Origin: Thermococcus kodakarensis KOD1
GTDB lineage: Archaea; Methanobacteriota_B; Thermococci; Thermococcales; Thermococcaceae
Assembly: GCF_000009965.1 (NCBI RefSeq)
Contig: NC_006624.1
Coordinates: 1,200,001-1,232,000, forward strand
Length of the DNA: 32,000 nt
Direction: 5' to 3'
Shown: one piece after another, positions 1 through 7,731 of the stretch
Layout of the letters: the number at the start of each line of letters is the position of its first letter
Numbering within the stretch: position 1 is the stretch's first letter
The notes under the pieces: generated by a model
What the model was told of the DNA's origin: nothing
What the model saw: the letters and a program-made list of their open reading frames with translations, nothing else
Database searches by the model: none
Position numbers and translations under genes: made by a program

Positions 1-114
1 ATGCTGTGGGAATGTTAGTTGGGTACAGGTGTTTTGGGAAGGGGTCTAAGACTTGAGAGTTGTTCTGGTGGGGGGTTAGGTTTGCAGTAATTTTTTATTT
101 TCGACAGATTTTTA

Positions 115-480
115 ATGTTCTTTGTTGAGTTTTTATTGGTGGGAGAAGTGGGGAAGAGGAAGAAGCGTGCTGTTGTTCCTGCTGCTGTTCATCCGAGTGT
201 TCCGGGTATGGGGACGATTACGGTTCAGCGTACTACGTCGGTTGAGATTGTTATTTCTGGTCCTCGGCCTTCTCCTGAGGAGGTGGATAAGTTGATTAAG
301 GAGAAGACTCTTTCTCGTGAGGATGCTCTTGAGTTCTATGAGTCTTTGGTTGAGGATATTCGTGAGATGTATGGGACTGCCGATCTTGAGGAGCTTGAGA
401 AGATGGCTATGGAAAGCGAGGATTTGTGGCTTGAGGAGCATGTTTGGGATCTGAGGATGTACCACGCGCTCAAGGGATGA
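115..480 (+). CDS. Hypothetical protein, element-borne (121 aa; acidic C-terminal half)
   Basis: Uninterrupted ORF with the same foreign codon style as its neighbour. AT-rich TATA-like run (ttttttatttt) about 15-25 nt upstream. The stop is 3 nt before the next ATG. No recognisable domain. Confidence 0.5.
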   Translation: MFFVEFLLVGEVGKRKKRAVVPAAVHPSVPGMGTITVQRTTSVEIVISGPRPSPEEVDKLIKEKTLSREDALEFYESLVEDIREMYGTADLEELEKMAMESEDLWLEEHVWDLRMYHALKG

Positions 481-483
481 GCT

Positions 484-1023
484 ATGGATTCTGTTTTTGA
501 GGTTCATTCTCGGCCGTTAGAGTCAGATGAGGATGTGTCCTCTTGGATTCGGGGGAAGGTTAGGGAGATTGTTGCTGATGTGGAGATGTTTAAGCGTAGT
601 GGTGTTGTGAGGGATTATTGGATTGTTAGTGCTGATGGTATGTTGGATGTGAGGGGTGTTTTTCGGGATGGGACTGTTTTCGCTCTTCGTGTGAGTTTTA
701 TGGTTGAGGATGTAAGCTTGGGGAAGATTGTGTTTTGTGATGTTAGTTTTTCGTGGGTTTCTCCTCATGAGAAGACGCGTAGGGTGCTTAGGAATGTGAG
801 GGATTTGGGGAGGGAGTTTAGGTCTGTTAAGTTTAATCGTGCTTTTTCGGAGAAGGAGGGTGCTTCTATTTTGGTTCGGTGGGACAATAAGCCGTATCAT
901 TCTGAGGCTGGGAGTTGGCCTTTTCACAAGCATTTTGGTGGGAGGAAGGTTCCTGCGAGTAGGTCTCAGGAGCAGTCGGTTGGCGGGTTTTTCGAGTTTG
1001 TGAAGGTTCATTTGGGTAGGTAA
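484..1023 (+). CDS. Hypothetical protein, element-borne (179 aa)
   Basis: ORF tightly coupled to the upstream gene (TGA-gct-ATG) with the same GT-rich codon usage. No motif I can name. Confidence 0.5.
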   Translation: MDSVFEVHSRPLESDEDVSSWIRGKVREIVADVEMFKRSGVVRDYWIVSADGMLDVRGVFRDGTVFALRVSFMVEDVSLGKIVFCDVSFSWVSPHEKTRRVLRNVRDLGREFRSVKFNRAFSEKEGASILVRWDNKPYHSEAGSWPFHKHFGGRKVPASRSQEQSVGGFFEFVKVHLGR

Positions 1024-1243
1024 TGGGGTTGTTCTGGCGGTGGGTTTCACGTTCTTTTCGTCATGTGTCGTTCCTGGTCGGAGGTCCTGCTGCCGAGCTG
1101 CTGCAGGACCAGGACAAAAAGAAGGCACGAGCGGGCTTTTTTGGTGTTCTTTTCTGTACTTTACGACGGGTGTCGGGTTAAAGTTGTTCAATTCGTAAGG
1201 CTTTTAGGCTAAAAATTTATAAAGTCTGGTGGGTGTTTTCGTC

Positions 1244-1660
1244 ATGGTAAAATCGTCTGGTGTGTCTGGACACTCCTATGCTGGGGAGCGGGAGCAGGCT
1301 GGAGCGCGGAAGCGGAGGAAGCCGAGGCGCCTTTCACCGCGTCTGCACATTACGCTACCGCCAGAGATATACTGGAAGGCCAAGGAGCGCTGGGATAACG
1401 TGAGCCGCGTGGTTGCGAGCTTGCTTGAGGTGGCTTTGTCTGAGGATTTGACGGTTGAGGAGGTCGTGACGGCGGTTACGCTTATTAGGAGCGGCGCTTT
1501 GGTGGTGAATTCGCCTTTGGGTGCGGGGGTTGCCGAGCCTGGTCAAAGGCGGTGGACTCAAGATCCACTCCCGCAGGGGTTCCGGGGTTCAAATCCCCGC
1601 CCCCGCACCACAGAAACTTTGCAGTGCAAAGTTTCATCAAAGAGTGAATGTCCTTTTTAA
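1244..1660 (+). CDS. Element-end ORF reading through tRNA-Leu. The N-terminal part looks ribbon-helix-helix-like. Possibly the N-terminal fragment of a split SSV-type integrase.
   Basis: ATG at 1244 lies about 27 nt downstream of the TATA-like AAAAATTTATAAAG (1211-1224), so a leaderless start is plausible. The segment LHITLPPEIYWKAKERWDNVSRVVASLLEVAL fits a strand-helix-helix pattern. From about codon 94 the frame runs through the tRNA gene (1523-1610), so that part is att/tRNA sequence rather than free coding. Confidence 0.3.
   Translation: MVKSSGVSGHSYAGEREQAGARKRRKPRRLSPRLHITLPPEIYWKAKERWDNVSRVVASLLEVALSEDLTVEEVVTAVTLIRSGALVVNSPLGAGVAEPGQRRWTQDPLPQGFRGSNPRPRTTETLQCKVSSKSECPF
1523..1610 (+). 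tRNA. tRNA-Leu (anticodon CAA), class II with long variable arm, genomically encoded CCA
   Basis: Acceptor stem GCGGGGG/CCCCCGC. Anticodon stem GTGGA/TCCAC with loop CTCAAGA. Variable arm. T arm CGGGG-TTCAAAT-CCCCG. Discriminator A followed by CCA at 1608-1610. Confidence 0.9.
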
Positions 1661-2546
1661 ACTGCTGAGTTTCAGTGATTCTCAATTGCCAATTGGCAAT
1701 TCTCAAGGGGTTTGCTCACAATATAACGCCCAAAGGGCGTTAAAAAAGAAGAAAACCAGTATTTCTTTGCTTGTTCATCAGGAGAATCTACTTCTCAACC
1801 AATTTCACAAAGACATTCAATCTTTTGGTGAAGCTTTTTCTAAAAGCTTCAGCGCTGGCGGAAAATTACGTGCCTCCCATACAAGGTTCAGATTCTAAAA
1901 GGGTTTTTTACCCGCTTGCTTCTTTAGTGAGTGTTTCACTGTCTAAGGCGCCTTCGGGCGCCAATAATAAAGTTGAAACTAATTGAAGAGGGATGATTTT
2001 AAGATAAAACCCATCGAAACTTGCCCCTTGAATAGGGCACAACTGGCTTTTTGCTCTTCACAAAGAAAGGGAACACTTTTGGTCAAGCTTTTTCCAAAAG
2101 CTTGTTCGCCTGCGCGAAGTTTGATCAAGGTTTGTGGTTTCTTTTAGAATTGCCCCACTACAAGGATTTTCACAATATAAGAGCTAAAAGTGAGTGAATT
2201 CTTCAGACATGCCAACTGGGAAGGAGTTTCTAACACCCTGACGCCCTACGGGCGTCGATTAAAAAGCAAACTCACACCGAGAACTCTTACTAAAATCGAA
2301 TTCGCACTCATACAGCGAGCTCCTGAATGAAAATCTCCCCAGAACCGCCTTCTAATCAAGAACCACGAACTTTGATGAAACTTTGCTTTGCAAAGTTTCA
2401 GCGCCGCTTTCACTGTCGTTCAAGCGTCCTTGAAGGATGGCGGAAGAGTAGTATGCGTTTTTAGCGAGCTGACTTTTGAGTGGGTTTACTTATCGAGTTG
2501 CCAGACTTACAGGATTTTCTCACCGTATAGCGCTCGAAGAGCGCTA
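1613..2546. repeat. Hairpin-dense region with no credible ORF: four copies of a ~35-bp class I hairpin element alternating with five class II GC-hairpin/A-tail elements, plus an 18-bp perfect palindrome
   Basis: Class I stems: 1613-1635 (inverted orientation), 1829-1851, 2084-2104, 2376-2400. Class II stems: 1724-1742, 1947-1962, 2240-2256, 2419-2434, 2528-2546. Palindrome AATTGCCAATTGGCAATT at 1684-1701. Stems differ between copies by compensatory changes. Confidence 0.65.
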
Positions 2547-2639
2547 AAAAGAAAGTTCGAAATCACAATTAACGAGAGATTTTTAAGAGCAAACCCACAC
2601 GCGAACCTGCTTTCTAGGGGAGCATACGCTTACAAGAGA

Positions 2640-2678
2640 GGCAAATTCAAAGAGAAAGATAAAACTAAAACGAAAAGC
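2640..2678 (-). terminator. Oligo-T tract cluster downstream of gcvPB (minus strand)
   Basis: The minus strand reads CTTTTCGTTTTAGTTTTATCTTTCTCTTTG immediately after the gcvPB stop. Archaeal termination typically uses T-runs. Confidence 0.35.
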
Positions 2679-4187
2679 TCAGTAGTCTATCTCTCCCCTC
2701 TCCTTCAGCTCTCTGTACATCCTCCAGGTGATCACGGGCTTCTTTGCAGCCAAAACGTCATCAACTCTCCTGACGGCGGTGTTGTGGGGTGCGCTCGTGA
2801 CAACTTCCGGATTGCTGTATGCCTCCTCGCTGATCCTCTTGAGAGCCTCAACGTATGCATCAAGCTCCTCCTTGCTGACGGTCTCAGTCGGCTCTATCAT
2901 AAGCGCTTCATGGACTATCAGCGGGAAGTAGATGGTCGGCGCGTGCATGCAGAAGTCGAGTAGCCTCTTCGCAACGTCAAGGGCCTTAACGCCCGTCTCC
3001 TTCTTCATCGGCTCTGCTGAAAAGACAGTCTCGTGCTTTCTAAGCTCTTTGCCTGGGAGTTCGTAACCGCGAGTTCCCTTGAGCTTCTGGGTAAGGTAGT
3101 TGGCGTTGAGAACGGCGACTTCACTGACCTCTTTGAGCCCCTCCCTTCCCATTATCTTGAGGTAGGTCAGGGCCCTAACAATAACCGCAAAGTTGCCGTA
3201 GAGCTCCTTTACCTTGCCTATGCTCCTCGGAACGTTGTAGTCGAGGTAGTAGCGGTCGTTCTCTGCATCGTAGCTTACGAGCGGGACGGGGAGGTAGTCC
3301 TTGAGGAAGTCCTTCACTCCAACGGGCCCGCTTCCCGGGCCGCCGCCACCGTGGGGAGTCGAGAAGGTTTTGTGAAGGTTGAGGTGAACGACGTCGAAGC
3401 CCATGTCCCCCGGCCTTATCTTTCCGAGGACGGCGTTAAGGTTGGCACCGTCGTAGTAGAGCAGACCACCTGCTTTGTGGACTATCTTCGCTATCTCAAG
3501 TATCTCGTCCTCGAAGATGCCCAATGTGTTCGGGTTCGTTAGCATTAACCCTGCCGTCCTCTCGCTGACGGCGTTCTCAAGGGCCTCAAGGTCAACCGTT
3601 CCGTTCTCGTTTGAGGGTATCTCTATGACCTTGAAGCCGGCCATGGCTGCGCTTGCAGGGTTCGTTCCGTGGGCGGAATCAGGAACGAGCATCTCCGTCC
3701 TCTGGGTCTCACCGCGGTCAATGTGATAGGCGCGGATTATGGAAACTCCAGTGAACTCGCCGTTCGCTCCGGCAGCCGGCTGGAGGGTGAAGCGGTCCAT
3801 TCCAGTTATTTCCTTAAGCCACTGCTCAAGCTCCCACATTATCTTGAGCGCTCCCTGGACGGTTCCTTCGTCCTGATACGGGTGCACATAGGCAACACCT
3901 GGATGGGAGGCTATCTCTTCATTGATCTTGGGGTTGTACTTCATGGTGCACGAACCGAGCGGGTAGATACCTGAATCAACGCCGTAGTTCATCTCGCTCA
4001 GTCTGGTGTAGTGTTTAACAACCTCGGGCTCGCTCAGCTCCGGGAGGTTGAGTGGGCTCTTCCTCCTCAGCTTCTCAGGAATATCGACATCAACGTCCTC
4101 GATGGGCTTGGGTAGGGTGTATCCAATCCTTCCGGGACGGGAAAGCTCAAATATAGTAGGTTCATCCCATTTTGCCTGGTGGAACAT
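2679..4187 (-). CDS. gcvPB: Glycine dehydrogenase (decarboxylating), subunit 2 (P-protein beta)
   Basis: [20 protein letters not shown]... N-terminus. PLP-lysine context [16 protein letters not shown]. Start reset to the ATG at 4187, with GGTGAT plus 4 nt upstream overlapping the gcvPA stop. Confidence 0.9.
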   Translation of the reverse strand: MFHQAKWDEPTIFELSRPGRIGYTLPKPIEDVDVDIPEKLRRKSPLNLPELSEPEVVKHYTRLSEMNYGVDSGIYPLGSCTMKYNPKINEEIASHPGVAYVHPYQDEGTVQGALKIMWELEQWLKEITGMDRFTLQPAAGANGEFTGVSIIRAYHIDRGETQRTEMLVPDSAHGTNPASAAMAGFKVIEIPSNENGTVDLEALENAVSERTAGLMLTNPNTLGIFEDEILEIAKIVHKAGGLLYYDGANLNAVLGKIRPGDMGFDVVHLNLHKTFSTPHGGGGPGSGPVGVKDFLKDYLPVPLVSYDAENDRYYLDYNVPRSIGKVKELYGNFAVIVRALTYLKIMGREGLKEVSEVAVLNANYLTQKLKGTRGYELPGKELRKHETVFSAEPMKKETGVKALDVAKRLLDFCMHAPTIYFPLIVHEALMIEPTETVSKEELDAYVEALKRISEEAYSNPEVVTSAPHNTAVRRVDDVLAAKKPVITWRMYRELKERGEIDY

Positions 4188-4197
4188 CTTCATCACC

Positions 4198-5553
4198 TCA
4201 CAGCTCGGCCTCTCCTATTATCTCCCGAAGGGCATCAACGAGACCATCGACCCATTCCTTCCTCGTGGTTTCGGTAGCGGCGAAGAGAGCGGTCTCCCCA
4301 AGCTCCTGGAAGTGTTTTCCGATGTAGTAACCGCCGTGAATGTTCCTCTCAAGGAGCCTCTCGTGGATCACGCTGTACGGAACCTCAAACCTTACCGGCA
4401 CGTCCTTGAAGTTCACTCCGTCAAAGACTATCTCCCCGACCTCAGCCAGGCGCTTCTTCAGGTAGGCAGTGTTCTTGAGTATGACCTCGCCGAGCTCCCT
4501 AACGCCCTTCGGGCCAAGTGTAGCGAGGTGTATGGCCGCTGCGACGGCAACGAGGGCCTCGTTGGAACAGATATTGGAGGTGGCCTTAGCGCGCCTTATG
4601 TGCTGCTCCCTCGTCTGGAGGGTCATCACGAAAGCCCTCTTTCCGTCCGCGTCCTTTGTCATGCCTATTATCCTTCCTGGCATCTGCCTAATCAGCTTCC
4701 TGTCGTTTCTGACCGCAAAAATTCCAGCCCTCGGGCCTCCGAAGTTCATCGGGTTGCCGAAGTAAGCAGCCTCGCCAACGACTATATCAGCCCCAAGCTC
4801 TCCAGGTGCCTCGACAATTCCGAGGATCGTGGGGTCAACGCCAACCACGAACAAAGCGCCAGCATCGTGGGCTATCTCACCGATTTCCCTTATGTTCTCC
4901 TCAAGCAGGCCGAAGAAGTTCGGCATCTCGATGTAAACGCCGGCGGCACCTTCAACCGCTTCCTTGAGCTTCTCGATATCCATCTGCCCCCTCTCGTCCC
5001 AGGGAACCTCAACCGTCTCAAGGCCCGGGCCGGCGGTGTAGGTCTTGAGGACAAGCTTCTTCTCGGGGCTGAGGTGCTTCGGAACGACGAACTTGTTCCT
5101 CTTCGTCACGCGGGCTGACATCAGGGCGGCTTCAGCCATTGCTGTTCCCCAATCGTACATCGAGGAGTTAACAATGGGAAGGCCGACGAGTTCAGCTATG
5201 AGGCTCTGGTACTCAAAGAGGGCCTGAAGCATACCCTGGCTTATCTCCGGCTGGTAGGGAGTATAAGCGGTGAGGAACTCGCTTCTCTCGATAAGGTACT
5301 TCACGTGGGCCGGGACATAGTGGAAGTATGTTCCCGCTCCAAGGAAGCTCGGCATCTCAAGGACTGTCTTGTTTTTGCTCAGCGTCTCATTGAGCTCCGT
5401 GAAAACCTCGTACTCGCTCTTACCCTCGGGAAGGTTGAACTCCTTTACCATTCCTTTTGGAACGTCCGAGAACAGGTCTTCAATCGAGGAAAAGCCGATT
5501 TCCTTCAGCATTTCATCTTTATGGGCTGAGTTCGGGATGTAGTGTTTGCCCAT
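4198..5553 (-). CDS. gcvPA: Glycine dehydrogenase (decarboxylating), subunit 1 (P-protein alpha)
   Basis: MGKHYIPNS... and [10 protein letters not shown] motifs typical of GcvPA. Start reset from the GTG at 5562 to the ATG at 5553 (GGTGAT-AAGT-ATG). Confidence 0.9.
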   Translation of the reverse strand: MGKHYIPNSAHKDEMLKEIGFSSIEDLFSDVPKGMVKEFNLPEGKSEYEVFTELNETLSKNKTVLEMPSFLGAGTYFHYVPAHVKYLIERSEFLTAYTPYQPEISQGMLQALFEYQSLIAELVGLPIVNSSMYDWGTAMAEAALMSARVTKRNKFVVPKHLSPEKKLVLKTYTAGPGLETVEVPWDERGQMDIEKLKEAVEGAAGVYIEMPNFFGLLEENIREIGEIAHDAGALFVVGVDPTILGIVEAPGELGADIVVGEAAYFGNPMNFGGPRAGIFAVRNDRKLIRQMPGRIIGMTKDADGKRAFVMTLQTREQHIRRAKATSNICSNEALVAVAAAIHLATLGPKGVRELGEVILKNTAYLKKRLAEVGEIVFDGVNFKDVPVRFEVPYSVIHERLLERNIHGGYYIGKHFQELGETALFAATETTRKEWVDGLVDALREIIGEAEL

Positions 5554-5717
5554 ACTTATCACCTTCTAAGCTTTTAAATGCTCATTGAAAGTTGGTGCAG
5601 GATAATATATGCTTTGTGGCATGATGGACTGAATTAGGGATATGGACAAAAAGCGACATCAACATTACCCTATCCACACCAAAATAGTTTCAAAAAAGTT
5701 AAATCAAAATCGAAAGA

Positions 5718-7013
5718 TCACCCGCTGACACCAACGTCCTCGAAGAACTTCTCCATGAGACCAGCGACGGCCCTGATGTCGTACTGCATGGTCTCGTAAA
5801 CCGCCCACTGAACCTTGCTGTACTCCCTTCCGTCGAGGGTCTTGAAGCCGCTCGGAGCGTTGACGTCGAAGTTGGCATGGAGTTCGATGTTCCTGATGGC
5901 CCAGCCGTCAACGTCGTCGTCAAGCCAGTCGTCCTTATCAACGTGGGTGTAGATATAGACGGTATCCCCTGGAACGGTGACGCTCGTATCCACCAGCGGG
6001 TTTGGATCCTGAGCGTAGCGCGCTATGAGGTTCCAGTTCTTGTCGTATATCTCGACGTAGCCGAGGGTCTTGAAGTAGGCGTTCTGCATGTCTATGTCCT
6101 TGAAGACAATGGTTATCGAACTCGCTCCAAGGAACTGGAGCTTGAGTATGCTCCAATCACCCTTCTTAAGCTCCTTCGTCCAGAAGTAGCTTCCGAGATG
6201 GCCGCGCTCGCTCCAGAGATTGATGTCCTTCCCTGTGGAATAGAGCATGTAGCGCCAGGCGTTGTGGGCTATCATGTCCGCGTAGGCCCAGGCGACGCCG
6301 TGGGAAAGATCCATATGACCGTTCTCGTTGTCTGCAACGTAGATGTCCTCACCGATTATAAACCTCTGCTTCTCCTGGGGTATCTGCCACCACTTTATGG
6401 GCGTGAGGTCGAGGGGAACGCGGTTGTTAAGGATGTCATCGGCGACCGTCGGAGAAATATCGTTTTCAACGAAGTCGTGGGCCTCTTCCGCGTAGCTGAA
6501 CTCGTCGAGGGTCTCAAAGAGGTGCGGAGTAGTATGGGCTATGAGCATGCTCATGTCCTCAAGGATGTGGACGGCCCTTCCGAGGTAGAGCATGGCCTCT
6601 TCCTTCTTTCCCTGCTTCCAGAGCTGAACGGCCTGATCGTAGAGCTGCTGGGCCATGTCGGCGGCGGAAGACTTTCCGTCGCCAAAGAGGTCAACGGTTA
6701 TCAGCTCGGCGTGATCCATAGGATCCAAGAAGTGGTACTGGCTCTGGAGGGTGTACACTTTCCCGTTGAACGTTATGTTCCCACCGCGCCAGTCCTCGTC
6801 GTAGGCGCCGTAGAGGAGCTGATCCTTGTACTGCATGAGGATAGCGCCGAGCCCCGGGTTGTCTGCATAGACCGCCTCGATGGCCTTGTATGTCAGCTTC
6901 TGGTGGACGTTCATCGGGTCGTCGAGGGTTGGGCCGTTGGTCGGCCACGCACTTACAAAGCCTAGATTACCGAGGAGTAAAGCCAGAACCGCCAGGGCTT
7001 TAACGGCCTTCAT
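5718..7013 (-). CDS. Secreted zinc-dependent phospholipase C / P1-nuclease-fold protein with an extra C-terminal beta-rich domain
   Basis: Signal peptide ...GFVSA|W leaves Trp as the predicted mature N-terminus, with His about 14 residues later. Motifs YHFLDPMD, LYLGRAVHILEDMSMLIAHT and AHDFVE line up with the remembered Bacillus cereus PLC zinc-ligand motifs (W1, H14, SHFYDP, HYLGDxxxPMH, HxxxE). The roughly 200-aa C-terminal region has no motif I can name. Confidence 0.65.
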   Translation of the reverse strand: MKAVKALAVLALLLGNLGFVSAWPTNGPTLDDPMNVHQKLTYKAIEAVYADNPGLGAILMQYKDQLLYGAYDEDWRGGNITFNGKVYTLQSQYHFLDPMDHAELITVDLFGDGKSSAADMAQQLYDQAVQLWKQGKKEEAMLYLGRAVHILEDMSMLIAHTTPHLFETLDEFSYAEEAHDFVENDISPTVADDILNNRVPLDLTPIKWWQIPQEKQRFIIGEDIYVADNENGHMDLSHGVAWAYADMIAHNAWRYMLYSTGKDINLWSERGHLGSYFWTKELKKGDWSILKLQFLGASSITIVFKDIDMQNAYFKTLGYVEIYDKNWNLIARYAQDPNPLVDTSVTVPGDTVYIYTHVDKDDWLDDDVDGWAIRNIELHANFDVNAPSGFKTLDGREYSKVQWAVYETMQYDIRAVAGLMEKFFEDVGVSG

Positions 7014-7116
7014 TTTATCACCTCGAGATTTTATGCATGGCGGATACAGGAGATAGGCCTAAAAAATTAACGGCGCTCGAAATACTTTTAAAAGTGGCTG
7101 GCCCTTCCAAGATGTT

Positions 7117-7731
7117 ATGAACAGGAAGAGGGTCACCGTGATCGCGATAGTTAGTCTTATCCTAACAATAGCCCATCTTTCCTTGGGATGCCTGGGAACT
7201 TCCAAAAACAACCCTCATCCCCAGACTGAACAAGTACAGTGGATAGCTGATGGCAAAATAAGCAGAGGCGAATACACAGTAGAAAAGAACGTTGGTGAAA
7301 TGTCCCTTCACTTCCGCGTTGAGAACGACACACTCTACGTCGGAATTTCCGCGGAAACCCATGGCTGGGTGGCAATTGGTTTCGGCGGCGGACCTGGAAT
7401 GAGGAACACAGACATAGTGATAGCATATGTTCTCCCCAACGGGACTGGTGAAATAAGCGACTCGTACTCGACGGGCTTCTCTGGACCGCATAATCCCGAC
7501 ACGTTCCTTGGGGGACACACCGACATACTATCTTACGGCGGACGCGAGGACGAGAACGGAACCGTTGTTGAGTTCTCAAGACCGTTGAATACTGGTGACG
7601 GGTATGACTACGTTATACCCACAGAAGAGTCTTTCAGGATCATCTGGGCCTACGGGCCGACAGACGACTTTCAATCGATGCACATAAAAGCAGGTCACAT
7701 TTACGTAACGCTGGAGGAGGATGGGAAATGA
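7117..7731 (+). CDS. DOMON-domain protein, probable lipoprotein or membrane-anchored
   Basis: N-terminal hydrophobic segment with LSLGC. Body resembles DOMON/DoH domains (GEYTVEKNVGEMSLHFRVENDTLYVGISAETHGWVAIGFG...TDIVIAYV...IIWAYGP). TATA-like CTTTTAAAAG about 25 nt upstream suggests a leaderless start. Confidence 0.55.
   Translation: MNRKRVTVIAIVSLILTIAHLSLGCLGTSKNNPHPQTEQVQWIADGKISRGEYTVEKNVGEMSLHFRVENDTLYVGISAETHGWVAIGFGGGPGMRNTDIVIAYVLPNGTGEISDSYSTGFSGPHNPDTFLGGHTDILSYGGREDENGTVVEFSRPLNTGDGYDYVIPTEESFRIIWAYGPTDDFQSMHIKAGHIYVTLEEDGK

Larger units (their letters stand above)
1..1522. mobile_element. Right-hand end of an integrated virus/plasmid-like element (continues beyond the left edge), abutting tRNA-Leu
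   Basis: ORFs at 115-1023 use strongly G+T-rich, T-ending codons (GTT, GAT, TTT, CGT), unlike the C/G-ending codons of gcvP, glpK and pck in the same window. The element sits directly against a tRNA gene, and an ORF reads through that tRNA. The exact right boundary (att site) cannot be fixed without the other end. Confidence 0.55.

Noticed and set aside
1073-1113. GC-rich inverted repeats CCTGGTC...GACCAGG and GGTCCTGC...GCAGGACC downstream of ORF 484-1023
   Set aside because: The two alternative stems overlap each other, and no T-run follows on either strand. It may be an element-specific site, but nothing here supports a specific call.
133-1191. Minus-strand ORFs 133-507 and 523-1191
   Set aside because: They lie antisense to the GT-rich element ORFs. 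The translations are low-complexity (Asn/Pro/Leu/Arg/His-rich) and stay open only because the opposite strand lacks the complements of stop codons.
1613-2546. Possibility that the hairpin repeats are a CRISPR array
   Set aside because: The repeat units are not identical, the spacing is irregular (about 100-290 bp), two different repeat families alternate, and one copy is inverted. None of this fits CRISPR architecture, and no cas genes are in the window.
1611-2680. A second partial tRNA-Leu copy (att repeat) or C/D-box sRNAs downstream of the tRNA
   Set aside because: By eye I found no repeat of the tRNA 3' half (GGTTCAAATCC...). The TGATGA strings flanking the class I hairpins have no CTGA at the required 12-nt spacing on either strand.
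1521-2963. ORFs 1521-1898, 1771-1986 and 2388-2963 in the hairpin region
   Set aside because: The first starts inside the tRNA. All three run across the palindromic repeats. The last is largely antisense to gcvPB. Codon usage is not host-like, so I treat the region as non-coding.
5563-5717. Regulatory RNA (for example a glycine riboswitch) or a C/D sRNA (ATGATGG...CTGA) upstream of gcvPA
   Set aside because: Glycine riboswitches are bacterial, and no matching conserved helices are visible. The box-like strings are 1-2 nt apart rather than about 12 nt apart.
4048-6965. Long plus-strand ORFs 4048-5118 (356 aa) and 5877-6965 (362 aa), and the similar 28945-29862 on the minus strand
   Set aside because: Each lies entirely antisense to a well-supported gene (gcvPA, the PLC-like gene, pckG). 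None has an SD or promoter context or a recognisable motif.
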